NCBI GenBank assembly: GCA_964414145.1
Contig: CAYPVH010000007.1
Location: 28,640-92,639, forward strand
Source of the DNA: an uncultured Gammaproteobacteria bacterium
GTDB lineage: Bacteria; Patescibacteriota; Microgenomatia; UBA1406
Length of the DNA: 64,000 nt
Direction of reading: 5' to 3'
In this document: piece after piece, positions 45,778 through 56,008 of the stretch
How the letters are laid out: every line of letters starts with the position of its first letter
How positions within the stretch are numbered: the stretch's first letter is position 1
The notes under the pieces: generated by a model
Database searches by the model: none
The model's input: only the letters and a program-made list of their open reading frames with translations
What the model was told of the DNA's origin: nothing
Program-made: the position numbers and the translations under genes

Positions 45778-46706
45778 GCTTTGTTTTTTACAACTTCCAA
45801 AAAAAAGTCTTCAAGACCGGGTTTTTTTATGCTAATTTGATCATATTCAATACCGCGTTGAGCTAGAGTATTTAACAAGAATGCGATTTGTTTTTCTTCA
45901 ATTTTTATTTCAATAGCTCTTTTTTTAACTATATATTGAAAGTTTTGTTTCTGACAAATTTCAACGGTTCTTTTTAATCCGTCAACCATGACCAGCTCCA
46001 GACTGGAATGTTTTATTATTTTGGGTAAGTTTTCGGGGGTATCTTCGGCAAAGATTCTGCCGTTTTGAATAAAAATAACACGATCGCAAATATCTTCAAT
46101 CTCACTCATATTGTGTGATGTAAAAAGAATTGATACATCATATTCTTCTTTTTGTAGCATAATAAATTTTCTAATATGATTGGCAGTTTCTGGGTCTAGT
46201 GAAGCGGTAGGCTCGTCTAGAAGTAGCACTTTCGGAAAATTCAGAAAAGCCTTGGCTAAGTTTAATCTGGTAATTTGCCCGGTAGACAATTCTGCAATTT
46301 CCTTTTTCATTAGAGAATTGAGCCTAAACAACGAAGCTATTCTGTTTACTCTTTCACTTCTATTTTTAATGTTGTACAAATATGACGAATATTTCAGAGC
46401 CTCAAAAACTTTTAATCTCCAGGGAAAATTTGTATACGTACTTGAAAAATTAACTTTTTCTAGTATTTCTTCTCGATGTTTTTTTAATTCTTTGCCAAAA
46501 TAAACTACATTACCCGAAGTTACGGTTAAAATCCCGAGTAGCATTTGAATGGTAGTAGTTTTGCCGGCACCGTTTGGACCAAGTAGCCCAAGAATTTCAC
46601 CCCTTTTTAATTTAAAAGATAAATTATCAACGGCTTTAAAAAGGCTAGAGCCTATTTTAAATGTTTTTGATAAATTATTTGCCTCGAGTACATAATTTTG
46701 CAACAT
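45774..46706 (-). CDS. ABC transporter ATP-binding protein
   Basis: GPNGAGKTT, LSTGQITRLNLAKA and LLLDEPTASLD motifs. Start taken at ATG 46706 (TATAAT plus 7 nt); the track start is TTG 46724. Confidence 0.9.
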   Translation of the reverse strand: MLQNYVLEANNLSKTFKIGSSLFKAVDNLSFKLKRGEILGLLGPNGAGKTTTIQMLLGILTVTSGNVVYFGKELKKHREEILEKVNFSSTYTNFPWRLKVFEALKYSSYLYNIKNRSERVNRIASLFRLNSLMKKEIAELSTGQITRLNLAKAFLNFPKVLLLDEPTASLDPETANHIRKFIMLQKEEYDVSILFTSHNMSEIEDICDRVIFIQNGRIFAEDTPENLPKIIKHSSLELVMVDGLKRTVEICQKQNFQYIVKKRAIEIKIEEKQIAFLLNTLAQRGIEYDQISIKKPGLEDFFLEVVKNKA

Positions 46707-46713
46707 AGCTAGA

Positions 46714-46719
46714 ATTATA
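46714..46719 (-). promoter_or_regulatory. -10 hexamer TATAAT, 7 nt upstream of ATG 46706
   Basis: The minus strand reads TATAAT-tctagct-ATG. Confidence 0.4.
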
Positions 46720-46801
46720 TGCAAATAAATAAAAAGAGGAAAGTAGAAAAGATTTGTATAACGCCAAGAAAATAAAAATAGAGTTATTAATATAAAACTT
46801 A

Positions 46802-46807
46802 TATAAT
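46802..46807 (+). promoter_or_regulatory. -10 hexamer TATAAT, 6 nt upstream of ATG 46814
   Basis: TATAAT-aaattt-ATG read directly. Confidence 0.45.
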
Positions 46808-46813
46808 AAATTT

Positions 46814-47206
46814 ATGCAAGATTGTATTTTCTGCAAAATTGTAAAAGGGCATATTCCCAGCTACAAAGTTTATGAAGATAAGTTATTTTTTGGATTTTTA
46901 GATATTAATCCCGTTGTTCCTGGGCATGTATTGTTAATTCCAAAAAAACATTATCGGTGGGTATACGAAACAGAGCCATTTGATAAATATTGGTTAGTTG
47001 TGTTAGAAATAACAAAAGCATTACAAAGGGCGTTAAAACCTGGTTGGATAAGTTATTTTACTCATGGTTTTGTGCCTCATGCGCACATTCATATTTTGCC
47101 TCGAAAAGGTAAGCCTGGTGGTGCTCCAGTGTTACCAACAAAAACTTTAAAGATAGATTCGAAAACAATGGAAAGTATTGCCAATAAAATTCGAAAAGAG
47201 ATTTAA
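46814..47206 (+). CDS. HIT-family nucleotide hydrolase/transferase
   Basis: CIFCKI zinc-ribbon-like start and histidine triad HAHIHILP. Confidence 0.9.
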   Translation: MQDCIFCKIVKGHIPSYKVYEDKLFFGFLDINPVVPGHVLLIPKKHYRWVYETEPFDKYWLVVLEITKALQRALKPGWISYFTHGFVPHAHIHILPRKGKPGGAPVLPTKTLKIDSKTMESIANKIRKEI

Positions 47207-47384
47207 AAAAAAATAAAAAGCCCGCCTTGCACATCGAAATCAAAATTATGAACTAATCTTTTTTGAAGGCTTTGTTTCCAAGACAGACGCTCAAAAAAGA
47301 GAGTTATACTTAAAAACCACTCAGGGTAGAAGATGCCTACGGCTAATGTTAAAATATAGTCTGAAAGAAAAACAAACCGGAATT

Positions 47385-47456
47385 GCCAACGTAGCTCAGG
47401 GGTAGAGCAATCGTTTCATAAGCGATGGGCCGGAGGTTCAAATCCTCCCGTTGGCA
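47385..47456 (+). tRNA. tRNA with CAU anticodon (elongator Met or Ile2 type), no encoded CCA
   Basis: Acceptor GCCAACG/CGTTGGC; D arm GCTC-AGGGGTA-GAGC; anticodon arm ATCGT-TTCATAA-GCGAT; T arm GGAGG-TTCAAAT-CCTCC; A73. Confidence 0.85.
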
Positions 47457-47472
47457 CATAAACAATTATTTG

Positions 47473-48510
47473 TTATACAAACATATCTAAACTAGCCCGA
47501 GGTGCTCGATCTAGTTTTTCCAAGTTTTGAAGGACTATGCCTTTTTGGTATTTATAATGAGCAACAACCCCAATCATAGAAGCGTTATCGGACGACAAGT
47601 ATTTTAGTGAAGGAAAATAAACTTTTGCTTTATATTTTTTAGCTAGTTTACGTACTCTCTTTCTTAGATTCATATTAGCGCTTACCCCGCCACCGAAAAC
47701 AATATTTTTATAACTTTCATTTTTTAAGGCTCTTTCAAGTTTCACTAACAATGCAGTAAAAACTGCATTTTGAAAACTTGCAGCTAAGTTTTCCATGTTC
47801 TTGTTTATTTCGTCTTCAGACATTTTCCTAAGTAATCGGTTGAATGCCGTTTTTAAACCGGAAAAAGAAAAATCTAGTCCTTGGTGCTTTTGCATTCCAA
47901 TTGGCAGTTTAAAACTATCATTTTTTCCATTTTTTGCCAATCTTTCAATAACGGCGCCTCCGGGGTAACCTAAACCCAACATTCGTGCCGCTTTGTCGAG
48001 TGCTTCGCCGGCCGCGTCATCTAGAGTTTCTCCAATAATTTTATACTTAATATGATCAGTGACTAACACTAATTGAGTGTGGCCTCCGGAAATAATAAAA
48101 GCCAAAAAGGGAAATTCAATATTTCTATTTGGTTTTCCGGCACTGTTTTGAACGTATGAAGAGTAAATATGACCTTCAATGTGATCAACAGGAATTAGTG
48201 GCTTGTTATGTTTTTTAGCTAGGTTTTTGGCGGTGTTTATTCCTACTTCCAAGGCTGGTGCTAAACCCGGACCGAATGTAACGGCAAAAGCATCTATTTT
48301 TTCAATACTAAGACGAGTCCTTTTTAAAGCAAGATGTATTGCCGGATTAATTTTGGTTAAATGTTCTCGTTTAGCTAGCGACGGATAAACACCGCCGTAG
48401 GGCTGATGAACTTTAATTTGTGAAAACTCAACATGTGTTATTGTTTTTCTTCCCTCTGTAATTGCAATGCTGGTTTCGTCGCAACTTGTGTCGATGCTAA
48501 GAATTTTCAT
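47473..48510 (-). CDS. tsaD: tRNA N6-adenosine threonylcarbamoyltransferase TsaD
   Basis: MKILSIDTSCDETSIAI, HIEGHIY metal site and GGVSAN motif. Confidence 0.92.
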   Translation of the reverse strand: MKILSIDTSCDETSIAITEGRKTITHVEFSQIKVHQPYGGVYPSLAKREHLTKINPAIHLALKRTRLSIEKIDAFAVTFGPGLAPALEVGINTAKNLAKKHNKPLIPVDHIEGHIYSSYVQNSAGKPNRNIEFPFLAFIISGGHTQLVLVTDHIKYKIIGETLDDAAGEALDKAARMLGLGYPGGAVIERLAKNGKNDSFKLPIGMQKHQGLDFSFSGLKTAFNRLLRKMSEDEINKNMENLAASFQNAVFTALLVKLERALKNESYKNIVFGGGVSANMNLRKRVRKLAKKYKAKVYFPSLKYLSSDNASMIGVVAHYKYQKGIVLQNLEKLDRAPRASLDMFV

Positions 48511-49589
48511 TATTGGCTTACCTTAAAAACTTCTATTAGTCTTTTTGAAGGCGAAGCTTCGCTCAAATAAATTAAAAGTAGTTCTGAATTTCCACTTTTC
48601 ATTTTTTCAAATACAGATCCAAGTTTCTCGCCCCACTCAATGGCTAAAACTTCATTTTTTTTAACCAGAGCTTTTATATTCAAAACCTCTAGGTCTTGAC
48701 TGTTATCAACATTATATAAATCAAAGTGATGAAACTTTTTAACAGTATTGTTTTCTGGTTGATACTCGTAATAAGTCACATATGTGGGCGACACAATGTT
48801 TGGAATGCCTAAGCTGTCCCCGAGGCCTTTAGCAAAAACTGTTTTACCGCTACCCAAATTGCCGATTAATACAAAAACCAATGCTTTTTCTTGTATGCCT
48901 GGCAAATACATTTCTAGTATTTTTTTTGCCACATTTTTTGTTTGAGTTTCAGAAGTTGTAATTCTTTCAATTATTTTTTCAATATTTAGAAAGCCTTTTC
49001 TGAGTGTTTTTAGCGATGATTGAGACATATCGAGTACGGTAGAGGGGGGGTTGTGTGGAAGTTTGCCTTGGTCGATAATTAAATCAATCATTGCTTTTTT
49101 TTTGTTTGAAAGAGTTTTTAGAAAAGCACTAATGGAATAATGGGGTCCTTTTAGATGGATATTGGCGGAAGTAGCGGTGATGGGGTAATCTAAACTTTTA
49201 CTTAAAGCTTGAGTAAACTTATTATTGGGTATTCTCACACCTAAGGTGTTGTTTTCTGCCTCTAGTCCTTTTGCCAGTTTATTTTTGGAAGGCAAAACAA
49301 TAGTGAATGGACCGGGAAGAAGGGTTTTAATTACTTTAATCTGGGCTGGTGTGGTTTTAACAATGTTTTGCAAAGTAGTCATGTCTTTAACAATGACAGA
49401 TACAGATTTACCAACCGGTCTATCTTTAAAGTCGAATAGTTTTTGAACAGCTGTTTGTGACTTTGCGTTTAATGCCAAGCCATAAACCGTATCTGAAGGA
49501 AATACAACAAGACCGTCATTTTGTAAGGTTTTTCTGCATTCTTTTATAGCAACGCTTAAGTTGTTTTTTGTCAGCTTTATTATTTTCAT
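48510..49589 (-). CDS. Fusion protein: threonylcarbamoyl-AMP synthase (TsaC/YrdC domain) plus TsaE P-loop ATPase
   Basis: The N-terminal half has FPSDTVYGLALNA, KDRPVGKSVSV, TATSAN and PSTVLDM (YrdC fold). The C-terminal half has LIGNLGSGKTVFAKGL, VSPTYV, HHFDLYN and AIEWGEKL (TsaE signature). Confidence 0.8.
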   Translation of the reverse strand: MKIIKLTKNNLSVAIKECRKTLQNDGLVVFPSDTVYGLALNAKSQTAVQKLFDFKDRPVGKSVSVIVKDMTTLQNIVKTTPAQIKVIKTLLPGPFTIVLPSKNKLAKGLEAENNTLGVRIPNNKFTQALSKSLDYPITATSANIHLKGPHYSISAFLKTLSNKKKAMIDLIIDQGKLPHNPPSTVLDMSQSSLKTLRKGFLNIEKIIERITTSETQTKNVAKKILEMYLPGIQEKALVFVLIGNLGSGKTVFAKGLGDSLGIPNIVSPTYVTYYEYQPENNTVKKFHHFDLYNVDNSQDLEVLNIKALVKKNEVLAIEWGEKLGSVFEKMKSGNSELLLIYLSEASPSKRLIEVFKVSQ

Positions 49590-49676
49590 TAATCTAGATT
49601 ATATCAACCGTAATTTAAGTTAAGACTAAAAAAGTTTTGTTGACAATGCTTTAATTTTCCTAGTAAACTTAATAAT

Positions 49677-50135
49677 GTGAGTATAGTAACTGAAATAAAA
49701 AGAAACCTAAGTAAATTAGAAAGTTTGCTAGACTCTTATTTAATCGAAAAAATACCCGGTTTACCTTCAGCTTGGAAAGAATTAATTGTTAAAGTTTTAC
49801 CCTGGTTGATTATAGTTGTTACCGTTTTGTCTTTACCCCAACTATTGGTAGTCTTTGGTTTGGGAGCAATAGTTATGCCTTTTTCATACCTTGGTTCTCC
49901 TTTAACACAGAATAGCCTCACTATAAATTGGTTATTTGCAGTTATCTCAATGGTATTGGCTGTGTTTTCGGTTCCCAAGCTATTTAAAAAAGAAAGAGAA
50001 GGTTGGAATTTACTGTTTTATTCCTCGTTAGTTAGTGCCCTTAGTAGTTTATTATTTTTAAATTTAGGAAACCTAATTATAGGCACGGGTCTTTCTCTAT
50101 ATATACTTTTTCAAATTAAAGAATTCTATAAATAA
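49677..50135 (+). CDS. Hypothetical membrane protein (4 TM)
   Basis: GTG-start ORF with a hydrophobic pattern only. Confidence 0.4.
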   Translation: MSIVTEIKRNLSKLESLLDSYLIEKIPGLPSAWKELIVKVLPWLIIVVTVLSLPQLLVVFGLGAIVMPFSYLGSPLTQNSLTINWLFAVISMVLAVFSVPKLFKKEREGWNLLFYSSLVSALSSLLFLNLGNLIIGTGLSLYILFQIKEFYK

Positions 50136-50192
50136 AACAGAGGCTTAATTCATAATTTGTTTTTTGGCTGGATACAATAAAGCAACTCTTGC

Positions 50193-50198
50193 TATAAT
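50193..50198 (+). promoter_or_regulatory. -10 hexamer TATAAT, 6 nt upstream of valS ATG 50205
   Basis: TATAAT-tctaaa-ATG read directly. Confidence 0.45.
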
Positions 50199-50204
50199 TC
50201 TAAA

Positions 50205-52412
50205 ATGGAAAAAAAATATAAGCCCAGTATTTACGAAAAATCGATCTATAATTTTTGGGAAAAAAACAACTTATTGGCACCGAGCCATAACAATAATCCC
50301 TTTACTATATTAATGCCGCCACCAAACGCTAATGCTTCACTCCACGCTGGGCACGGGATGTACACAATAGACGATATTATGATTCGCTACTGGCGAATAC
50401 TGGGCAAGGCTTCTTTGTGGGTTCCGGGTATGGATCACGCCGGGTTTGAAACTCAATTTGTTTATGAAAAACATTTACGAAAGCAGGGAAAGTCGAGAAT
50501 GGATTTTGACAGAGATACGCTTTATAAAAATATATTCAAGTTTGTGCAAGAAAACTCGGGATTAATTTACCAGCAATTTAAACAACTTGGGTTTCTAGCA
50601 GACTGGAATAGAAGTGTTTTTACTTTAGACGAACACGTGTTGGAAACGGTTTTTGAAACGTTTAGAAAAATGGAAAAGAGTGGTTATATTTATAGAGATG
50701 AGTACATAGTAAATTATTGCAACTATTGTGGTACCAGTTTTTCAGAGCTTGAAGCAAAGCATATTGATAGAAACGATCCACTTTATTATTTCCGTTATGG
50801 ACCGCTAGAGTTTGCCACAGTCCGTCCGGAAACTGTTTTTGCCGATGTTGCTTTGGCGGTCAACCCAAAAGATAAACGCTACAAGAAATATATTGGTAAG
50901 AAAATTAAGGTAGACAACCTGTTTTGGATAAAAGAAATTCCCGTAGTTGAGGACGAAATGGTTGATCGGGAATTTGGTACCGGAGTGGTAAAAATTACCC
51001 CGGCACATGACCCAAATGATTTTCTAGTTGGTAAGAAAAATAACCTTCCTTTACTTCAGGCTATAAATAAAGAAGGACGAATGACAAAATTATCCGGGCC
51101 CTATTCAGGAATGAATGTAAGGCGGGCCAGACAAGAATTTTTGAGTGATATTGAAAAAGGAAAATATAAAAACTTTTTAGTAAAAACAGATAGTAAATAC
51201 AACCACGCTGTTTCTACATGTTATAAATGCAATCGTGATCTTGAGCCAACCGTTATTCCTAATTGGTATATAAAGGTAGAGAAGTTGAAAAAGAATACTA
51301 TAAAAGTTATTGAAAGTGATGAGGTAAAGTTTTATCCAGCAAGATATAAAAAACAAATATTAAACTGGCTGGAAAACATGAGGGATTGGCCAATTTCCAG
51401 ACAGATTGTATGGGGAATACGGATCCCGGCTTGGTACGATATTAAAAAAGTTCCAAACCTGACAGTTGTTTTTTTAAACAATAATAAAGAATCAATTAAG
51501 GGTAAGCTTAGCAAACTAATTCATCAATACTCATTAAAGGAAATAGAGACAGGTTTACAGGAATTAATTGCACCGGTTGGCTCACCATATGTTGTAAGTA
51601 AAACAAAACCGGGAAATAACTATTTACAAGAAACAGACACCTTTGACACCTGGTTTTCTTCCGGGCAATGGCCACTTGTAACTTTAAGGGAAGAGGAATA
51701 TAAGGATAGATACCCAACCGATGTTTTGGGAACGCTAGCAGACATTCTACCTTTTTGGGTTTCCAGAATGATCATGTTTTCGCTTTATGCCAAGAACAAA
51801 GTGCCGTTTAAAACTGTTTATTTGTGGTCGATGGTTGCAGATAAGACCGGTCAGAAAATGAGTAAAAGTAAGGGTAATGTAGTTAATCCAATAAGTTTAG
51901 TTGAAACATATGGAGCTGATGCTTTTCGGGCAGCTTTATTGTTTGGCGTTTCAACAGGTAATAGAGTGTCTTTATCAGACGATAAGGTAAGAGCCATGAG
52001 AAACTTTGGCAACAAAATCTGGAATATTGGTAGATTTATTTTGCTCAATGCTAATGTAACAAAAAGCCAGAAAGAAGCAGAAGTAATATCAAGTGTTAAT
52101 AAACATGAATTAATAGGAAAATTAGAAACTGAGTTCAATGTTCTAGATAAAGATTATCACAAATCAATGAAAGGCTACGAATTTTCTATGGCATTTGGGA
52201 TAATCTATGAATTTATTTGGCACCGGTTTGCCGATTTTTATATAGAGGCATTGAAAGAGGAAATAAAAAGTGGTAATATAGAAGTGCTTAAAGAAGTGCA
52301 GCAAGTATACTTGAACTTACTGCAGATGCTCCATCCTTTTATGCCGTTTATTACAGAAGTAGTATATAAGGAGTTTAAGGGAGTAAACGCAACTTTATTA
52401 GTTAAAGAATAA
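50205..52412 (+). CDS. valS: Valyl-tRNA synthetase, short form (no C-terminal coiled-coil extension)
   Basis: [13 protein letters not shown] (HIGH region), KMSKSKGN and an editing-domain block ([15 protein letters not shown]). Confidence 0.9.
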   Translation: MEKKYKPSIYEKSIYNFWEKNNLLAPSHNNNPFTILMPPPNANASLHAGHGMYTIDDIMIRYWRILGKASLWVPGMDHAGFETQFVYEKHLRKQGKSRMDFDRDTLYKNIFKFVQENSGLIYQQFKQLGFLADWNRSVFTLDEHVLETVFETFRKMEKSGYIYRDEYIVNYCNYCGTSFSELEAKHIDRNDPLYYFRYGPLEFATVRPETVFADVALAVNPKDKRYKKYIGKKIKVDNLFWIKEIPVVEDEMVDREFGTGVVKITPAHDPNDFLVGKKNNLPLLQAINKEGRMTKLSGPYSGMNVRRARQEFLSDIEKGKYKNFLVKTDSKYNHAVSTCYKCNRDLEPTVIPNWYIKVEKLKKNTIKVIESDEVKFYPARYKKQILNWLENMRDWPISRQIVWGIRIPAWYDIKKVPNLTVVFLNNNKESIKGKLSKLIHQYSLKEIETGLQELIAPVGSPYVVSKTKPGNNYLQETDTFDTWFSSGQWPLVTLREEEYKDRYPTDVLGTLADILPFWVSRMIMFSLYAKNKVPFKTVYLWSMVADKTGQKMSKSKGNVVNPISLVETYGADAFRAALLFGVSTGNRVSLSDDKVRAMRNFGNKIWNIGRFILLNANVTKSQKEAEVISSVNKHELIGKLETEFNVLDKDYHKSMKGYEFSMAFGIIYEFIWHRFADFYIEALKEEIKSGNIEVLKEVQQVYLNLLQMLHPFMPFITEVVYKEFKGVNATLLVKE

Positions 52413-52414
52413 AT

Positions 52415-52564
52415 ATGGGTTACAAAGGCAATAAGACATCTAAAATCAAAAGGTCCAGAACACACGGGTTTAGAGAGAGAATAAAAACAGTAACAGGAAG
52501 GCGGGTTTTAAAAAAAAGAATGCTTAAGGGCAGAAAACGCTTAGTTGTTAAGGTTCAGAAGTGA
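52415..52564 (+). CDS. rpmH: 50S ribosomal protein L34
   Basis: 49-aa ORF missed by the track: [49 protein letters not shown]. It matches the L34 pattern (K-R-x-R-x-HGFR-x-R, GR-x-VL-x-RR-x-KGRKRL). Confidence 0.85.
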   Translation: MGYKGNKTSKIKRSRTHGFRERIKTVTGRRVLKKRMLKGRKRLVVKVQK

Positions 52565-53448
52565 GTAAAAATTCAGATACTCAAAATAAAAAAAGCGGCA
52601 TTGTTCTTATTTTAGGCAGGCCAAACGTTGGTAAGTCAACATTCTTAAATAATATTATTGGCCAAAAAGTTAGTATTACTTCTCCTAAGTCCCAAACTAC
52701 CAGAAGATCTATAAAAGCCATTTATGAAGATCCACGTGGTCAATTATTGTTTATTGATACCCCGGGAATATTTAAGAAGGCTTTAGATCCTTTATCAAAA
52801 AAAATAAACGCCAGAGTGCTTGATTCAATGGAAAATGAGTTTGATGTTGTTCTATATATGGTTGATCATACCAGGGCTAGAGGTTATGAAGAAGGTAGGG
52901 TTTTGGGATTGGTTCGAAAAATTAAAAAGCCAATTTTTTTATTGGTGAATAAGATAGACGTTAAAGAACCCAGTTTTCTAGCTGAGTACAGATATTTAGA
53001 AGACGAAACCGACAAAGTGTTTTTAGTGTCGGCGCTAAAAAAAATGCATTTAAAACCGGTTATTAATGAAATATTTAATCTTGTTAATAGAAAGTACCCA
53101 ATAATAGATACAAAAGATATGCCCATTCCCGTTGTTAATGTTCATGCCAAAGAATTTCTGGAAGAACTTATTCGTGAAAAGATATATATATTTGCCAGGC
53201 AAGAAGTTCCATATAAAACAAGGGTTGAAGTTACAAAAATAGAAGAAAAAAAGAATGGCATGTTACATATTAATGCAATAATTTACACGCTGGATAAGCG
53301 CTATAAGCGAATGTTGATAGGAAGGGCCGGTCGAATGGTAGAAGAAATAGGTAGAGCTGCCAGAAAAGAAATTGAACTGTCTGCAAATAAAAAAGTTTTT
53401 TTAGATTTGAAAGTAGACGTTGATTATCACTTGCTAACAAATTTTTAA
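52561..53448 (+). CDS. era: GTPase Era
   Basis: GRPNVGKST (G1), DTPG (G3), NKID (G4) and a C-terminal KH domain. The GTG start overlaps the rpmH stop (GTGA). Confidence 0.9.
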   Translation: MSKNSDTQNKKSGIVLILGRPNVGKSTFLNNIIGQKVSITSPKSQTTRRSIKAIYEDPRGQLLFIDTPGIFKKALDPLSKKINARVLDSMENEFDVVLYMVDHTRARGYEEGRVLGLVRKIKKPIFLLVNKIDVKEPSFLAEYRYLEDETDKVFLVSALKKMHLKPVINEIFNLVNRKYPIIDTKDMPIPVVNVHAKEFLEELIREKIYIFARQEVPYKTRVEVTKIEEKKNGMLHINAIIYTLDKRYKRMLIGRAGRMVEEIGRAARKEIELSANKKVFLDLKVDVDYHLLTNF

Positions 53449-54857
53449 ACTGATTCTAAAATTTTTTTTAGTCTGTTGAGTGTACTTTTTTTACCAATTA
53501 TTTCCATTCCTTCAAATAAAGGAGCGGTTATTTTTTGATTGGAAAGAGCAAAACGAATATCCATGTATAATTTTATAGGTTTTATGTTCATTTCTTTAGC
53601 GACAGTTTCTGTTACTTTGTATATCTTTTTGTGTTGCCAATCAATTAGTTCATAAGAATTGAACAACTTATTTTTAGCCTGTTTAAGAAAGTTGAGCGTA
53701 TTATCAATTATAGGCGGTTGTGTATATATAAACGATGCTAAATCCCAGTAATCACTAAGTTTTTTCATCCTTGTTTGAACAAGGGGAATGGTTTGTTCAA
53801 CAATATTTTCGGGTAACTTTTTGTTTTGGTATTTGGAGTAATAATTTATTATTCTTGTTTTCAATTCTATAGTTGGTAACTTTCTTATATACTCTCCATT
53901 TATCCATTCTAGTTTTTTTATGTCAAAAATCGGGCCGGTTGAGTCGATATCATTTAAGTCAAGAACGTCTATATATTCTTTAAGGTTAAATATTTCCTTT
54001 TCTTGCGGATGCGACCATCCCATAAGCGCCAGGTAGTTTAGTACCGCTTCTGGTAAAAAACCTTGTTCCAAGTACCATGAAGACCATACCGGGTTTTTCC
54101 GTTTTGATAATTTACTTTTATCTGGATTTCGTAAAAGTGGTAGATGGGCAAAAATAGGTAATTTCCAGCCCAAACCTTCATATATCAGAACATGCTTCGG
54201 AGTAGAAGGGATCCACTCTTCTCCTCTTAATATATGGGTTATTTTCATCAAATAATCATCAACAACAACAGCTAAATGATATGTTGGAAAGCCGTCGGAT
54301 TTAATTAGTACTTGGTCATCTAATATTTTGTTTTGAACTGTTATTTTACCTCTTATTTTGTCTATAAAACTTGTCTCGCCTTCGGGAATTCTTAAACGTA
54401 TAACGCAAGGTAGTTTTTTTTCTAATTTTTTCTTAATATCTTCATTGCTCAGAGAAAGGCAATGCCGGTCATATTTTGGTTGTTTTTTAAGTTGCTTGGC
54501 TTTTTCCCTAATTTCTTCCAATCTTTCTTGAATACAAAAGCAGTAATAAGCTTTCTTTTTGTCTACCAATATTTTTGCGTAGTGATTATATAAGTTAAGT
54601 CTTTCAGATTGCCTATAAGGAGCATAGGGCCCTCCTTTAATACTATCTTCATCTGGTTCAAGACCAAACTGTCTAAATGTTTTTAAAATTTTCTCTTCAG
54701 CCCCAGGAACAAATCTTTTTCTGTCTGTGTCTTCTGTTCGTACAATAAACTGCCCCTTATGCTTTTTGGCAAAGGCATAATTTACAAGAGTGGTAGCCAA
54801 ACTACCGATGTGTAAATTTTCACCTGTTGGTGAGGGAGCAATTCTTGTTCTAACCAT
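53445..54857 (-). CDS. gltX: Glutamyl-tRNA synthetase
   Basis: RIAPSPTGENLHIGS (HIGH), EDTD and KLSKRK (KMSKS) motifs. Confidence 0.92.
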   Translation of the reverse strand: MVRTRIAPSPTGENLHIGSLATTLVNYAFAKKHKGQFIVRTEDTDRKRFVPGAEEKILKTFRQFGLEPDEDSIKGGPYAPYRQSERLNLYNHYAKILVDKKKAYYCFCIQERLEEIREKAKQLKKQPKYDRHCLSLSNEDIKKKLEKKLPCVIRLRIPEGETSFIDKIRGKITVQNKILDDQVLIKSDGFPTYHLAVVVDDYLMKITHILRGEEWIPSTPKHVLIYEGLGWKLPIFAHLPLLRNPDKSKLSKRKNPVWSSWYLEQGFLPEAVLNYLALMGWSHPQEKEIFNLKEYIDVLDLNDIDSTGPIFDIKKLEWINGEYIRKLPTIELKTRIINYYSKYQNKKLPENIVEQTIPLVQTRMKKLSDYWDLASFIYTQPPIIDNTLNFLKQAKNKLFNSYELIDWQHKKIYKVTETVAKEMNIKPIKLYMDIRFALSNQKITAPLFEGMEIIGKKSTLNRLKKILESV

Positions 54858-54931
54858 AGCTACTAATTATATCTCAATTTAGATTTTAAAACCACGACGG
54901 AGTGTAAGGACTTATACACGCTAATAAAATT

Positions 54932-56008
54932 ATGTATACTTTTAATATGACCTTAATTGAGTTTTCAAATCAAGCAAGATTGATGGGAAAGTTAATCGCC
55001 TTCATATTTGGGGTTTTAGTATTTAGTTACTTAATGATTGTTGCATTAGTAACAATTTTAAAGAAACCAGCAACAGATACTATAAGGTATAACACAACAT
55101 ATGGGCAAATCGAAAAGCCAAATTTTAGTTATGTTAAAGACAAAGCTAAATACAATTTTGTTCTGGATACTATTGATGGCAGTTATCCAAATACTACCAT
55201 GTCGGCGCATATCTATTTTATCCCCGAAAAAAAGACGACTTTGGCATATTTAACCAGAGCAGAGTCTGTGGCAAAATATTTTGGTTTTGAAGATATTGAA
55301 TCTGCAAGAGTAAATGAAGGAATATTAAAATTTGAGGATAATAACCAGGTATTGGATTTTGATGTTAAGGACTATCATTTTAATTATCAGCTAAAATATA
55401 CTCCATTACTTGAGGAATTGGTAGAGGCAACTCCAGAGGCTAACTTTACTCTTTTTGAAGACAATTTTATTGATACGGCTAGGGAAGTACTCCAAGACTT
55501 AGATTCTTATCCAACGTTTCTTGCTGCCGGTAAGAGCAATATTGTTTATCTAAAGTACGACTATGCCAAAAAGAGTTTTATTCCAATTGGTTCCGGAGAC
55601 ATACCTCAAGCTGTTAGAGTAGATTTCTTTCGAAAAGATGAGGAATTACCGGTAATACCACCGAACTATTTTGAAAGTCAAAACTATGTAATTCTGGCAC
55701 CTTTAAGTCGCTACCCAGAATTAATTGAAGCCCAATTTAGGGCATTTGATAAATTAGATACCGAACCCGGAGAATATCCATTAATTTCTTCACAAGAAGC
55801 TTGGAAAGCTTTAGAAAAAGGCAAAGCCAGGGTTATATCCATAGATAGCAACGCCAAAAAGACAATTAAAATTAAAGATATTTATCTAGCTTATTATGAT
55901 CCGTTACTTTACCAAAAATATTTTCAACCTGTCTTTGTATTTTTAGGTGACTATAACTTTGTGGCATATCTTGAGGCAGTTAAACCGGAATATTTTATTA
56001 CCGACTAA
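54932..56008 (+). CDS. Membrane-anchored hypothetical protein
   Basis: N-terminal TM helix plus an extracytoplasmic domain of about 310 aa; no recognisable motif. Confidence 0.45.
   Translation: MYTFNMTLIEFSNQARLMGKLIAFIFGVLVFSYLMIVALVTILKKPATDTIRYNTTYGQIEKPNFSYVKDKAKYNFVLDTIDGSYPNTTMSAHIYFIPEKKTTLAYLTRAESVAKYFGFEDIESARVNEGILKFEDNNQVLDFDVKDYHFNYQLKYTPLLEELVEATPEANFTLFEDNFIDTAREVLQDLDSYPTFLAAGKSNIVYLKYDYAKKSFIPIGSGDIPQAVRVDFFRKDEELPVIPPNYFESQNYVILAPLSRYPELIEAQFRAFDKLDTEPGEYPLISSQEAWKALEKGKARVISIDSNAKKTIKIKDIYLAYYDPLLYQKYFQPVFVFLGDYNFVAYLEAVKPEYFITD

Noticed and set aside
47207-47384. 178-nt gap upstream of the second tRNA-CAU as a possible ncRNA (SRP RNA, 6S or similar)
   Set aside because: I could recognise no conserved SRP helix-8 motif, no extended pairing and no terminator. 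It most simply holds the tRNA promoter (TATAGT at 47355-47360). I cannot support an RNA gene from sequence alone.
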